A stretch of DNA of 64,000 nt from Neoechinorhynchus agilis (Eukaryota; Animalia; Acanthocephala), in assembly GCA_051530055.1 (NCBI GenBank), contig CM121341.1, forward strand, positions 6,302,784 through 6,366,783. The letters are read 5' to 3'. Position 1 is the stretch's first letter. Each line of letters starts with the position of its first letter. A program made the translations under genes and the position numbers. The notes beneath the pieces were generated by a model. It made no database searches and was not told the DNA's origin. It saw only the letters and a list, made by a program, of their open reading frames with translations. Below are positions 24,686-36,635 of the stretch, piece after piece.

Positions 24686-26047
24686 TCAATTCCAAATTCG
24701 GATAATGGAATCCCAAGATCCAGTTGCGACAGCATTAGCTTTTCGGCTGACTCCTAAGCACTGGACGCGGTTCTCGTGTCCATGCAAATGATCTATACAT
24801 TGCTGTTTCAACACATCCCAAAGAACACAATCAAAGTTGTCGCATCCGCCGAACATGAGACGTCCACTCAATGAGAAACCCATGCTCGTAATGGGAATTC
24901 CTCCTGAGGAAATGAGAGGTGATGGAACGTGGTTTGTGTCTTGGTCGTACTTGAACTCCCCATTTAAACCGGACTCGGCGCTACGTTCACTTACAATCGA
25001 ATCAACTCTGTCGGATCGGTTCATCCGTTGTTGTTGTTGTTGTTGTTGTTGCTGGTGGTGGTGGTGGGTGGAACTTGTAAGTTTTGAGGCGCAGTTGGTG
25101 CTTGTGCAGCAATCAGTCGTTCGTTGATTTGCTGCTCTAGTTGACGATTCGTGGCCTTCGACGATAGTACCTGAAGGTACCCAATAGGTCCCGATTTTAC
25201 ACGCCGACCGCAAATCGACCAAGTGAACGAAACAATCATCTGAACCGGTGGCGATCGCGTTACCATTCGGGAAAAAAGCAGCGCAATTGATGTCTGTCTC
25301 ATGGAGATCGAACATGGTTAATTCACATCCTCGTTTGGTTCTCAGATCCCATAACTTCATGGACCGATCGGCGCTTCCAGTGGCGAAAACGTTTGAGGGC
25401 TCGTTTAAAGGTTGTACTCAAATGTGTTCCGCCCCTTCCACTTGAACACATTTCTAATGGGCTAAACAAAGACAATAAATTTCACTAATATGCCCAGTTA
25501 GCGTCCTGATTTGTTGACCGTTGTTAATATCCCAAAGACAGCATTTTCTATCAGAAGACGAAGTAAGCAGCTGATTTGAACAAACAAACTGTGCTCCTGA
25601 AACGAATCCATCGTGGCCGATTAACTCACGCACTAAACGACCGCTACTATCATCTTTTAATAAATAGACCGAAGCCGCATTATCCATTCCGGCTGACGCT
25701 ACAAGATCATTTTCGGCTCTAAAAGCGCATGCCATGGTCCATGCGCAATTAAGTTCGATTGCATGAGTTTTAGAGTGTTGATGAGTGTCCCAGACAATGA
25801 GTGTTGAGTCTTGACTGGCACTTAACAAGTGATCAGTTTGGGATGACCATGCTAAAGCGTACACTTTTGCAGCGTGGCCTTTCAATTTACATCGACTTTT
25901 TATTTTGAGTTTTTGAATGCATGAAACGCGTTCAGATGCCTTTTTAAGACTACAATCACGAATACCATCTCTGAGTTCTTGAATTCGTTCTTTTAAAATG
26001 AACAACTCGTGCTCGAGATCCGCCTCACTAATGCCAGTTGTCGACAT
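24686..26047 (-). CDS. Heterotrimeric G protein beta subunit (divergent, WD40 x7)
   Basis: [76 protein letters not shown]. One 48-nt interruption at 25417-25464. Confidence 0.93.
25417..25464 (-). other. Non-canonical TA-bounded, stem-closed insert (48 nt) in G-beta
   Basis: TGT T|TAGCCCATTAG AAATGTGTTC...GAACACATTT GAG|TA CAA. The insert contains two in-frame stops and a perfect 10-bp stem. Removal gives [13 protein letters not shown], matching the GHxxxVxxLxLxP spacing. Confidence 0.75.
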
Positions 26048-26893
26048 TTCTAGAATAAGAAAACGCGCTTTATGGGACAATGGAACCGCCGGGAACTCTT
26101 CAGCAACCTTTCTTGAATGAAAGACGTCAACTGTTTCAGCAGCAATGGGGCGCAAGAGTGTGACAAATCGGCAGAAAAAGAAGAAGCTGTGTTAGTGTGC
26201 GTTTGCACACTAACACGGAAACGTCGCTCAGGCGCCGCTACGTCTCATGAGGCGTTAGTCTTGCACTCACGGGACTACTCGCGTAATGAACCTCATTTTT
26301 CGTCCTCGGAACGCTTTCTCCCCAAGGAAACTAAGTCAAACACACAAACTTAATCGGAACAACACCTTAGCTACTACTCCCTTTTAACCATCGTCAAATT
26401 CATCAGGCGAATCGGAGCGAAAAACACCAACAATTTATACATTCTGCTGCGGAGAAAAACACGCAGGTCTCGAATTGCAGATCTTGAAGTAATCAAAGTT
26501 TGCGCGAATGAGGAAAACGGTTTGTTGCCCAAAAAAATTGGACTCATTCCGGGGGATATCAATAGGACCTCGCCGTGATCGTACTTAAAAGTGGCCAGAA
26601 TTTTGCCCGATTGAGGTGGCCGCTCATACCTTTTTCAATACCGTTCGTCTCTAAAAAACCGGATCCACAGATAGTCCTAACGGGCCAAATCGGTAAATTC
26701 ACCCAGAAACGAATTGGGTTTTTTTGTTTGCAAACTAAGATAAAGTGATTCTAAGACTCGAGCTAATTTACAGAGGACATTTTAAAAATAATAAATCGTT
26801 TGTTCAATCATGTTGGACCAAACCCGAAGATTTAAAGACACATACAAGGTTTTGCTGATTTCGACATTAAGGTGATTGAACAATTCCTCTCTT

Positions 26894-29800
26894 TTATTGA
26901 CCCTCTTCCATCTTCTTTTCGTTTTCACCGTTTGAGCTTTGTTCGTTGACCACAAGTGACTGGTTGCCGGAGATGGCGGCGGCGGCGGTGGCGGGAGATA
27001 AAGCAGTGATTGTGCTTGCATCTCGAGATGGCAGCAGATTCATGTAGCGTGACGACGACGTAGCTCCCGATTGAAATGCTGAAGAGTTGTGAGTTGCTCG
27101 AGATGCAAATAATGAAACATATTGATGGTGACCAAGAAGGTGATTTGTACTCATTGAGCTACCGGTGTTCGACGATACAGATTCATCGTCGTCTTCTGCA
27201 TCAAACATGTCCAAATCTCCACCCGAACTAATCGGTGTACCTGATACGAGATTCCGAAGATTACTTGAAGTAACTCGCATCGATGAAACTGAAGCTGACG
27301 ACCTAACCGTCTCCATTTGTCGAATCTTCTGCTCCCGAAATGATAAGACACCTTCGAGTGCTTCCTTTTCGCGTTGGAGTTTTCGTATCTTTCCTTTTAG
27401 AATAGACGCATTCTCTTCGTGGTCATCATTCACCTTCTTTAGTTGCCTTACGCGGCTAGCAACATTCTCAACTTGCTCGCGAGCATTCGTTGCAGCATTT
27501 TTCTCGTCTTCACATTTTAAAGTCAATTCTCGCAGTTTCTTCTCAGAACATCTTAAAGCTCGTGCCAGTCGTTGGCGCTCCTTTTGTTCCACATCCAATT
27601 GTTGTTCGAGAGAGGATAGTTTGCTTTCCAGGGACGATATTGTGAGCTTATTCCGATTGCGGTAGACTTCTTCAGCATCAGCCAACTTTTGCTTTAATTC
27701 CCGTAAAGCACGCTCGCTGGTTTCTTTACTCATCTCGGCCTTGTTCACATTAAGACGCTCCTGATTCAAATCATTGATCAGTTGGTCATGCTGCTGAACT
27801 AAAGCACGCAACCGTTCACTTAACTCACTTGTTTGTATACTTTCTTCGGCCAAATCTTCCTCTAACTCAGTAACCCGCGCCTCTAATCGCCGTTTCTCGT
27901 CATGCCACCGACCGTTCAACTCATCATTTCGAGCAATACTGACTTCCTGTCTAAAATCGTCCAACTCACTCGCCAAGGTCCGTTTAGACTTCTCAATTTC
28001 GTCGCGCTCGTCCTGGGTCTGTTGAAGAAGTTGCTCCAGAGAACAATACCTTTTCTCCCACTCTTTTGTGATATCGTCCTTAGTTGCTCGAGCTTCTTCC
28101 AATTCCCTTTTCAAATCCTTCAAAGCCATCGCAGCTCGTTTTATCTGTCTCTGTTGATCCTCCCGTACTCGCATAAGGTCACTAAGTTGAGCACTCGCAT
28201 CACTAATGTCTAATTCAAGCTTCTTTTGATGACTGATCGCAATCGACTTCATTTTTCGCTCCTCGTCCAACTCTGTGGCCATATCACGAACCTGCTTTAA
28301 AGCTGTTCTGTACCGGTCGTCACTGTTCTCATTTGCTTCAGCGACCTGCCGCTCTAATTGCTGCTTTAAAGCGTTCATATTAACTTCAAGTCGAAGCTTC
28401 GCGGTCTCAGCGTTACTTAAGTCATCTTCTAATTGCGAAACCTTTTGCCGCAATTCCTCACATGTAGACTCAAGAGTCCGTTTAGCCCTTTCAAGACCAC
28501 ATACACTCCGACCAACATCATCTTTGCCCGAGAGAGCATCATCCAACTCACTTCTCAACTGCTTGATTTTTGTCTCAGCTTGTTTTAGAGTATCATCTCT
28601 ATCTTGGAGATCGTATTGAAAACTAAGCAACCGGGTCTCTTTCTCCCGACATTCACGCTCAGCGTTTTCTAAGTCGGATCGCAACTTCTCTTGCAGAACC
28701 TTCTCGTCCAGAAGCTTCCTATCAATCTGCTTCTGACTTTTCTCAAGTGCATTACAATTGGACCGATAACGTTCCATCTCGACGCTAACATCAGCCAACT
28801 CATTCTGCAATTTGTTTCGGCTAGCTGTTGCTCTACTTAGCTGATCACTAAGATCTTGAATTTGAGATATAAGATTTTCTCTCTCTCTTTGAAAACCCCG
28901 CTTATGCTCGTCCAACTTCATCTCATACTCAGCTTGTCCTTGAATACGAACTTCATTGAGCGCATTTCCGAGCGACTGGCACTTCATCTCAAGCTTGGAA
29001 TATTCTTCGCATTTATCGGCATGAAGTTCACTTATAGAATCAATCTCAGATTCGAGCAAGCGATTTCTATTTTCTAACACCGATCGACTATCCAACTCAT
29101 CGTGTAAACGACTCTTCGTGTCTTCTAATTGTTCTCGACAAGATTGAAGGCAGTTTTGAATTTCAACCAACTTTGTTTCAGCGGCTGCTTGTGCTGCTTG
29201 AGCTCTCTCAGCTGTACGCCGAACTTGGCTGAGCTCGTTTTCACGCAGCAACTTCTGTTGTTCCACTTCATTCAGTGCTTCCAAATTCACATGTAGCTCA
29301 GTCTCCACAATCTTTAGCTTGCTCCGGAACGTATCACGAGCATTCTTAGCTTTAAGAAGCTCATCATCTCTCTCAGTCGCACGTTCAATCAATTCATTTT
29401 TTTCCTTTTGAAGATTTTGATTTAACCGCTGCAACTGGTCCATTTCGTCCGTCATTCGTTTCAGTTGCTCCGTAAAGCGAACCTTTACAGCCTGAACGGC
29501 CTCTACTCGAACCTCCTGCTCGCTCTCTAGTTTTCGCTTCAATTCATTGTATTCGGCCTCTCTTTTAGAATATTGAACCTGCATTGTGGCAGTTGTGTCC
29601 GAATGACCGGTTATCTCGTTTCGGAGAGCTTCATTCTCTTCCGACAAATCACGCCGGTCCGCTTCTGCCTTCATTCTCGCATCTTGCTCCGACTTAAGAT
29701 CCTCTTGAATATCCGTTAACTGTCCTTTAATATCTCGAATCTCACGTTGACGGGAACTTAACAATGTCATGATCTCCTCTAACTTAGCATTCGACAAACC

Positions 29801-32800
29801 TAACTCTCTGTCCTTCTTAGCTATTAAAATCTTCGATTCCTCAATGTCTTGTCGACTTTCATTCAATAGGTCTCTATGTTCAATCAACTCTCTATCTAAA
29901 GATCTTGCAATCGTCTCATACTTCTGCCTTTGTTCACTCTCAGACTTTAATTTCGCCTCTATATCAACAACAATTATCTCAAATTTTGCATTCTGCTTTG
30001 CAAGCTCTCGCACTTTATCCTGTAATTTCCTCTGCTCCAGCTCAGCCTCATTCAAACGCTTATCAGATGCTTCTTTTGCCTTGGAATACTTATCCAAGTG
30101 AGCAACCTTATCAACCAGCTCCTCTTCAGCCTTCTTTGCCCGCCCTTCCACCACGACCTTTTCAATCTCCATTTTCTGGTTTTTCCTCTCTTCTTCGCCT
30201 AATCTTCCTGTCAAATCCTTGATAGTCTGCTGAAGATCCTTTCGTTCCTCGACCCAATCAGCAGCTTTCACATCATCCTCCATTACCCGCGCTTCCACTT
30301 TCTGGATATATTTCTCAAGTTCGGCCTTCCGTGATAGTAGTCGTGTTCGACTATCAGCAAGCTCTTGATTTGCTTCTCTTTCCTGACTTAGCTCTTCTAA
30401 AGCTACATTTCGTTCGGCTGTTAAATGATCTATTCTCGATCTTAGTTCATCGCTTTCATCATAAAGTCTCTGAATCAAGGTTTTACTACTCGAAATTTCA
30501 CGTTCTTTAGCAACCAGGAGTTTATCGAGTCTCGTGACTCCGAGCATTGGCTTTAACCTTGAGTACAACTTAAACCATTTCCAATGACGGATTTGGAGCA
30601 GAACACGGCCGTTCCGCTGAAGTACAAGTATTGACGATACTTGCTGAGTTCGCTTCTTATACTGATTCCGAGCGATTTTCCCTCGGCACAAACACTGTAA
30701 ATGCATCACGATATCCGAGATTTTCTGATCTCGTTCTTCCTCTAAATGAGCAAGTACGCCTGCTCTAAAGAATATCTTAGTTTGTCCAATTCGATATAAA
30801 TTAGTGTCAAGCTCAAGTTCCTGAAGAAGCTTTTCGCAAACTAAACGGCCGTCTGCAAATCCACGAGGGAGCACTGCTGAACAAAGGACTTCGTAACGGT
30901 GTCTAAACTCTTGGAATGGTATTCTATTGGGAAACCCGTGACGGCAAATTCTTATTCCTTCAAGAACTCCGTTACAGCGTAACTGCGATAGCACTAAGTT
31001 GGGTTCCATTTTTTGACTTGATTTTGTACGATTTGGCATTATACATCGAATAAAATTTGGAGTTGTTCGATTTAGAATACTCATAAGAGAGTTCAGTTGC
31101 TCCTTGTACATTTGCCCGACCGTCCTAAAGCGTCCTTTCTTTATGCTGGTTTTGATTGGAGCTGCAATTGGCGGAAATGTGTCCTGATTGTTCAATGTGA
31201 TAACCTCCGTGTTTTTCCACAATTCATTCACAAACTCTTGATTTGAATTTTGGAGAAGATGAACGATATTATCGTTGATTGGATCAGTGTTCTTCACTAG
31301 CCATTGATCGACGCAATAGTTCACAGATCCGGCATAGTGAAAGATGGAGAAATCATGTTTGGATCGAACAGTGGGTTTAGCAAAGTTCTTGTGTGACGAT
31401 TGAGCCGAAATGAGCTTTTCAACGTACGTCCTATCCGTGGAGTTAGGAAAGACGCATTCTTCATCCAATAGACTCAAAACGCCCATGCTTTTCTCAATAA
31501 GATCTATGGTCGGTTGAAGATCGAGTCCGAAGTCGGTGAATTTCCATTCGATGTTTTCGCGAGCATATTCACGCTGCTCAAGAACGAACATTGTGTGGTT
31601 AAAGAGTTGTTGAAGTTTTTCATTTGTGTAATTGATGCAAAGTTGTTCAAATGAATTCACGTCGAATATCTCGAATCCGGCAATGTCGAGAATCCCGATA
31701 AAATACTGCGACCGCCTTTTCGTGGCTTTGCTCAAAGTTCGATTAATTTTAGCAAGTATCCATTTGAAGAGTTGTTCATAGGTAGCTTTAGCAATGGCTT
31801 CTAGCGCAAACTCAACCTGCTTTTTATCCTGAGCTCGTACGACAAGCTCTCGGCCACACTTCACTTTGGGATTTAGAAGACATCTCGAGAAGTCAATGAC
31901 ATTAATGCCGAGAAGTTTGCATATTTTCTGAGCGATGGTATCATCGGGCATGATTGCTTGTCCGGAATCCTTGTCATTAACGAAAGCGAGATTTCCGATA
32001 AGTAAAACGGCACTCAAAGTTGCACAAATCGATTGGATCTGTTCATCGGTGGTTTCCATGATTCGGAGTGCGTTTATCGTTGAGACGAACTGTTCGACGT
32101 CGTCTGCTTCTGGAAGCTCTACGTTTCCGTTCGATAAATACGCATACGATTCGATTTGGTCGAATAGGAGAAGATCGGAAGACGACGAAGAGATGGAATG
32201 AATTGCACCATTTTGCGATTTGGCATAAGAAGGACAGAATGAGCGTAGTAATTGGTAGAATATATGAAAGTTTCGTTCACTTTTGGCTTGCCTGACGGTT
32301 CGTGATTTCTCTAGAAGGTAAGTTTCTATAGATCCTGCGGTAATAAATCCCACTGAATCGAAATTGATTCTGATGAATTTGCCAAATCTGGACGAGTTAT
32401 CATTTTTCACGGTCCGTGCATTTCCAAAAGATTCTAGGATAGGATTGGCTTCTAGAAGTTGTTGTTCTAGATCAGCAGTCGATGTGTTAGTTGATCGACT
32501 TAGCCTGAAATCCGAAGACGATCTCGGTGATTTGGCTACATATGCGAGATACTGAATGACTTTTTTGGTGTTTTCAGTTTTCCCAGCTCCGGATTCTCCG
32601 GTACAAAGGATAGATTGGTCATTACGATCTAAGAGCATGGCTCTATATGCTCGATCGGTGATAGCAAAAACATGAGGAGGTACATCTTCGGCTCTTCTTC
32701 CCTTATAATATTGCATGAGTGCATCGGTATAGATTGGAAGTCGTCGATAAGGATTGATTACAACACAAAAGAGTCCAGAATAAGTATAGATGAGTCCGTC

Positions 32801-33142
32801 CATGTATCGCTCCCGTAAATTGTAAAGGACCGAAGCGTCATTTAAACAAGTCAAATCAGCCATATTGGCCGCTTTCCTAAACTTTGTTGGATTTGACTTT
32901 TGGCATTCGTCTACACTGACTTGGATCTTGGCCCTGGTCAATTCCAGTTCAACGATTATCGATTCTTCGCCGCATTCTTCAATTACGTGAGCTTTAACAA
33001 AACCTTCCTGAGAGTCAGGAACCCAGACTTGCCGCCTTAGAGGATCAACTTCCATGATAAGTTGATGACTATGACCACAAGAATGGTCCTGGACGACCAA
33101 ATACTTGAGCTCGTCCGGTGGCAATTGGAGTTTATCAATCAT
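26894..33142 (-). CDS. Myosin II heavy chain, non-muscle type (single exon, 2082 aa)
   Basis: SH3-like N-terminus, P-loop GESGAGKT, NDNSSRFGKF, DIAGFE, QLRCNGVLEGIRICRHGFPNR, an IQ region and a long coiled-coil tail. Confidence 0.97.
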   Translation of the reverse strand: MIDKLQLPPDELKYLVVQDHSCGHSHQLIMEVDPLRRQVWVPDSQEGFVKAHVIEECGEESIIVELELTRAKIQVSVDECQKSNPTKFRKAANMADLTCLNDASVLYNLRERYMDGLIYTYSGLFCVVINPYRRLPIYTDALMQYYKGRRAEDVPPHVFAITDRAYRAMLLDRNDQSILCTGESGAGKTENTKKVIQYLAYVAKSPRSSSDFRLSRSTNTSTADLEQQLLEANPILESFGNARTVKNDNSSRFGKFIRINFDSVGFITAGSIETYLLEKSRTVRQAKSERNFHIFYQLLRSFCPSYAKSQNGAIHSISSSSSDLLLFDQIESYAYLSNGNVELPEADDVEQFVSTINALRIMETTDEQIQSICATLSAVLLIGNLAFVNDKDSGQAIMPDDTIAQKICKLLGINVIDFSRCLLNPKVKCGRELVVRAQDKKQVEFALEAIAKATYEQLFKWILAKINRTLSKATKRRSQYFIGILDIAGFEIFDVNSFEQLCINYTNEKLQQLFNHTMFVLEQREYARENIEWKFTDFGLDLQPTIDLIEKSMGVLSLLDEECVFPNSTDRTYVEKLISAQSSHKNFAKPTVRSKHDFSIFHYAGSVNYCVDQWLVKNTDPINDNIVHLLQNSNQEFVNELWKNTEVITLNNQDTFPPIAAPIKTSIKKGRFRTVGQMYKEQLNSLMSILNRTTPNFIRCIMPNRTKSSQKMEPNLVLSQLRCNGVLEGIRICRHGFPNRIPFQEFRHRYEVLCSAVLPRGFADGRLVCEKLLQELELDTNLYRIGQTKIFFRAGVLAHLEEERDQKISDIVMHLQCLCRGKIARNQYKKRTQQVSSILVLQRNGRVLLQIRHWKWFKLYSRLKPMLGVTRLDKLLVAKEREISSSKTLIQRLYDESDELRSRIDHLTAERNVALEELSQEREANQELADSRTRLLSRKAELEKYIQKVEARVMEDDVKAADWVEERKDLQQTIKDLTGRLGEEERKNQKMEIEKVVVEGRAKKAEEELVDKVAHLDKYSKAKEASDKRLNEAELEQRKLQDKVRELAKQNAKFEIIVVDIEAKLKSESEQRQKYETIARSLDRELIEHRDLLNESRQDIEESKILIAKKDRELGLSNAKLEEIMTLLSSRQREIRDIKGQLTDIQEDLKSEQDARMKAEADRRDLSEENEALRNEITGHSDTTATMQVQYSKREAEYNELKRKLESEQEVRVEAVQAVKVRFTEQLKRMTDEMDQLQRLNQNLQKEKNELIERATERDDELLKAKNARDTFRSKLKIVETELHVNLEALNEVEQQKLLRENELSQVRRTAERAQAAQAAAETKLVEIQNCLQSCREQLEDTKSRLHDELDSRSVLENRNRLLESEIDSISELHADKCEEYSKLEMKCQSLGNALNEVRIQGQAEYEMKLDEHKRGFQRERENLISQIQDLSDQLSRATASRNKLQNELADVSVEMERYRSNCNALEKSQKQIDRKLLDEKVLQEKLRSDLENAERECREKETRLLSFQYDLQDRDDTLKQAETKIKQLRSELDDALSGKDDVGRSVCGLERAKRTLESTCEELRQKVSQLEDDLSNAETAKLRLEVNMNALKQQLERQVAEANENSDDRYRTALKQVRDMATELDEERKMKSIAISHQKKLELDISDASAQLSDLMRVREDQQRQIKRAAMALKDLKRELEEARATKDDITKEWEKRYCSLEQLLQQTQDERDEIEKSKRTLASELDDFRQEVSIARNDELNGRWHDEKRRLEARVTELEEDLAEESIQTSELSERLRALVQQHDQLINDLNQERLNVNKAEMSKETSERALRELKQKLADAEEVYRNRNKLTISSLESKLSSLEQQLDVEQKERQRLARALRCSEKKLRELTLKCEDEKNAATNAREQVENVASRVRQLKKVNDDHEENASILKGKIRKLQREKEALEGVLSFREQKIRQMETVRSSASVSSMRVTSSNLRNLVSGTPISSGGDLDMFDAEDDDESVSSNTGSSMSTNHLLGHHQYVSLFASRATHNSSAFQSGATSSSRYMNLLPSRDASTITALSPATAAAAISGNQSLVVNEQSSNGENEKKMEEGQ

Positions 33143-33397
33143 ATTCTGAAATCAAACAAGGAGGTCAGGGCGGCGACTGGCAGCAAAGGCACACACACAG
33201 CGGAGGAGGCGTTAATGTACATCGTAGACGCGATGGTGGCGGCGGCGGCGTCAATATGCAGCAACGATATGCTGATTGCGCGAATGCTTGCGGGATGTGG
33301 GGAATGTCCGAGATCTCAACACGAAGAAAGCGCTTTGTAAAATGATGGTTTTTGAGGGCGGTTTTCTCTTTTAGAAGTAGGAGGAGGCAATCGCCCG

Positions 33398-35560
33398 GAG
33401 ACTGGGATCCGTCGGATTCTATTTTAGGGGTTTTATTTGGGAGACGAGGATCTGTCGGATTCTATTTTAGGGGTTTATTTGGGAGACGAGGATCTGTCGG
33501 ATTCTATTTTATGGGTTTATTTGGGAGACGAGGATCTGTCGGATTCTATTTTAGGGTTTTATTTGGGAGACGAGGATCTGTCGGATTCTATTTTAGGGGT
33601 TTATTTGGGAGACGAGGATCTGTCGGATTCTATTTTAGGGGTTTATTTGGGAGACGAGGATCTGTCGGATTCTATTTTAGGGGTTTATTTGGGAGACGAG
33701 GATCTGTCGGATTCTATTTTAGGGGTTTATTTGGGAGACGAGGATCTGTCGGATTCTATTTTAGGGTTTTATTTGGGAGACGAGGATCTGTCGGATTCTA
33801 TTTTAGGGGTTTATTTGGGAGACGAGGATCTGTCGGATTCTATTTTAGGGGTTTATTTGGGAGACGAGGATCTGTCGGATTCTATTTTAGGGGTTTATTT
33901 GGGAGACGAGGATCTGTCGGATTCTATTTTAGGGTTTTATTTGGGAGACGAGGATCTGTCGGATTCTATTTTAGGGTTTTATTTGGGAGACGAGGATCTG
34001 TCGGATTCTATTTTAGGGTTTTATTTGGGAGACGAGGATCTGTCGGATTCTATTTTAGGGGTTTTATTTGGGAGACGAGGATCTGTCGGATTCTATTTTA
34101 GGGTTTTATTTGGGAGACGAGGATTTGTCGGATTCTATTTTAGGGTTTTATTTGGGAGACGAGGATCTGTCGGATTCTATTTTAGGGTTTTATTTGGGAG
34201 ACGAGGATCTGTCGGATTCTATTTTAGGGGTTTATTTGGGAGACGAGGATCTGTCGGATTCTATTTTAGGGGTTTTATTTGGGAGACGAGGATCTGTCGG
34301 ATTCTATTTTAGGGGTTTATTTGGGAGACGAGGATCTGTCGGATTCTATTTTAGGGGTTTATTTGGGAGACGAGGATCTGTCGGATTCTATTTTAGGGGT
34401 TTATTTGGGAGACGAGGATCTGTCGGATTCTATTTTAGGGGTTTTATTTGGGAGACGAGGATCTGTCGGATTCTATTTTAGGGTTTTATTTGGGAGACGA
34501 GGATCTGTCGGATTCTATTTTAGGGGTTTATTTGGGAGACGAGGATCTGTCGGATTCTATTTTAGGGGTTTTATTTGGGAGACGAGGATCTGTCGGATTC
34601 TATTTTAGGGGTTTTATTTGGGAGACGAGGATCTGTCGGATTCTATTTTAGGGTTTTATTTGGGAGACGAGGATTTGTCGGATTCTATTTTAGGGTTTTA
34701 TTTGGGAGACGAGGATCTGTCGGATTCTATTTTAGGGGTTTTATTTGGGAGACGAGGATCTGTCGGATTCTATTTTAGGGGTTTATTTGGGAGACGAGGA
34801 TCTGTCGGATTCTATTTTAGGGGTTTATTTGGGAGACGAGGATCTGTCGGATTGAAGGATTCTATTTTAGGGGTTTTATTTGGGAGACGAGGATCTGTCG
34901 GATTCTATTTTATCGGTTTTATTTGGGAGACGAGGATCTGTCGGATTGAAGGATTCTATTTTAGGGGTTTTATTTGGGAGACGGGGATGGAACGTCGGAT
35001 TGAAGGAGGGATTTTGTTTCGGGGTTTTAGAAGGAGACGAGGATGGAACGTCGGATTGAAGGAGGTATTTTGTTTCGGGGTTTATTTTAGGAGGAGGATG
35101 GAGCTGTCGGATTAAAGGATTTTGTTTCGGGGTTTTAGATGGAGGCGAGGGTGGAACTGTCGGATTGAGGGATTTTATTTTAGGGTTTCTTTTAGAAGGA
35201 GAAGGCAATCGCATTGAGGAGGTTGGAATGCTGGAAAAAGGAGGGATTTTGTTTCGAAGTTTCTTTTTGAAAAAGGAGGATGGAACACCAGATTGAAGAT
35301 TTTGTTTTAGGGTTTTATTTAGGATTGAAGGATTTGGTTTTAGGATTTCTTTTAGAAGAAGGATGGAACGCCGGATTAAAGGATTTTTGTTTTGTCGTTT
35401 TTCTCTTTTAGAAGGGGGAGGATGGCACGCCGGAAAAGAGGAGGGATTTTGTTCTAGGTTTTTATTTAGGAAACTGGAAGTCCGGAAAAATTAGGGATTT
35501 TGTATTGAGGAATTAGGAAAATGGAACTCCGGAAAAAAGAAGAGATTTTTCCATGTTTTT
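33398..35560. repeat. 39-40-bp minisatellite (~40 copies to ~34980) decaying into a G-rich degenerate tail
   Basis: Unit: ggattctattttaggggtttatttgggagacgaggatctgtc. Single-G indels account for the frame-switching ORFs in the track. Confidence 0.95.
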
Positions 35561-35914
35561 TTGAAGAAAATGAGATTTTGATACTTCAGTTGACCAGTTT
35601 AGCGACCTTGAATTTTGAGGACTTTGAAGAAACGAAGCGTACGTTGACGTCTAAACGTAAAAGTCGTTTTGAATTTATTCTTAAAAGATTCGCGTAGAAA
35701 TTTTAACTCTTCACAATTTCGTTGAACCAAAATTCCATTTTTCCAATTCTGTGGCCAATGTGAAAAAAGAATCCATCCAATGCCAATAATATACTGAGCG
35801 AATAATTGATTTAAAATTGTTTAGAAAATTCGTCACGGTATTCTTATTAAATTTAGTTTGCACTTTAGTCTTTGTGACGGATAAATTGAAGAAGTTTTAT
35901 TGATTCCGATTTGG

Positions 35915-36170
35915 ATTCTACACTTAACGACAATGAACTAAAGATATTTGTTCTGATTTGTCTCTTTTTTTGGGTTCAATTAGAGCTGAAACAACTTTAG
36001 AGGTCTATAGATAAAATATCAAATAATTTTCTATGTGTAGAAATTCACAAATCAAAATTAAACTTGCTTGCATTCTACACTTTTAACGACAATGAATTAA
36101 AGATATTTGTTCTGAATTGTCTCTTTTTTTGGGTTCAATTAGAGCCGAAACAACTTTAGAGGTCTACAGA
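35915..36170. repeat. Direct repeat pair (~157-bp spacing)
   Basis: ttctacactt..aacgacaatgaa..ttcaattagagc..gaaacaactttagaggtcta occurs twice. Confidence 0.8.
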
Positions 36171-36464
36171 TAATAGGCACTCACATTTCCACATCCTGTC
36201 TCTTTTGAAGTGTTTTTTATTAGCACTTTTAAAACATTCCTTTCTCTCTTCTTGAAAACAAGTGCTATTCTCCCTGACAAAAGTAGGAGGCCAAGAATTT
36301 GTCGCTTTTTCGCGAGTACGTGACACTTGTAATGAACTTAAGATCCTGAAATCAGAATAATACAAAGGATGCTGTGTGCGTGCCGATTTAGCCAAAGAAA
36401 ACCTTGAAATGTAATGCTCGTGTTTAGAAAATCAAATATTTGCTTTAGGCAACAGGGACGAATA

Positions 36465-36635
36465 ATTTTGCTCAACTTGGAAGCTTTTTGGGTTTTCTTT
36501 AAGGAGCAATGTCTCGGCAAAGAAGCCGATTATTTCCTCTCACGACTGGGAGGGATGCTAAAACATACCACCGGCGATATGCGATCCAGCAGCTTCCTGT
36601 TGCAGCGAATCAGCGCTTCGATCCAACGAGGCCAT
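36465..36635 (+). mobile_element. Degenerate fragment of a CRE-clade-like non-LTR retrotransposon (C-terminal restriction-like endonuclease region)
   Basis: LGKEADYFLSRLGGMLKHTTGDMRSSSFLLQRISASIQRG resembles the ...LxQRISxAIQRGN terminus of RLE-type elements. Recalled from memory, not searched. Confidence 0.5.

Noticed and set aside
27151-33345. Short ORFs antisense to or overlapping myosin and other genes
   Set aside because: They are shadow frames of real coding sequence with no independent motifs.
33420-34980. TTAGGG within the minisatellite as telomeric repeat
   Set aside because: It occurs once per 39-bp unit, not as tandem hexamers.
33352-35214. Long repetitive ORFs (GDEDLSDSILGVYL / GRRGSVGFYFRGLF repeats)
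   Set aside because: They are by-products of a 39-bp minisatellite. Frames switch at single-G indels and there is no unique coding context.
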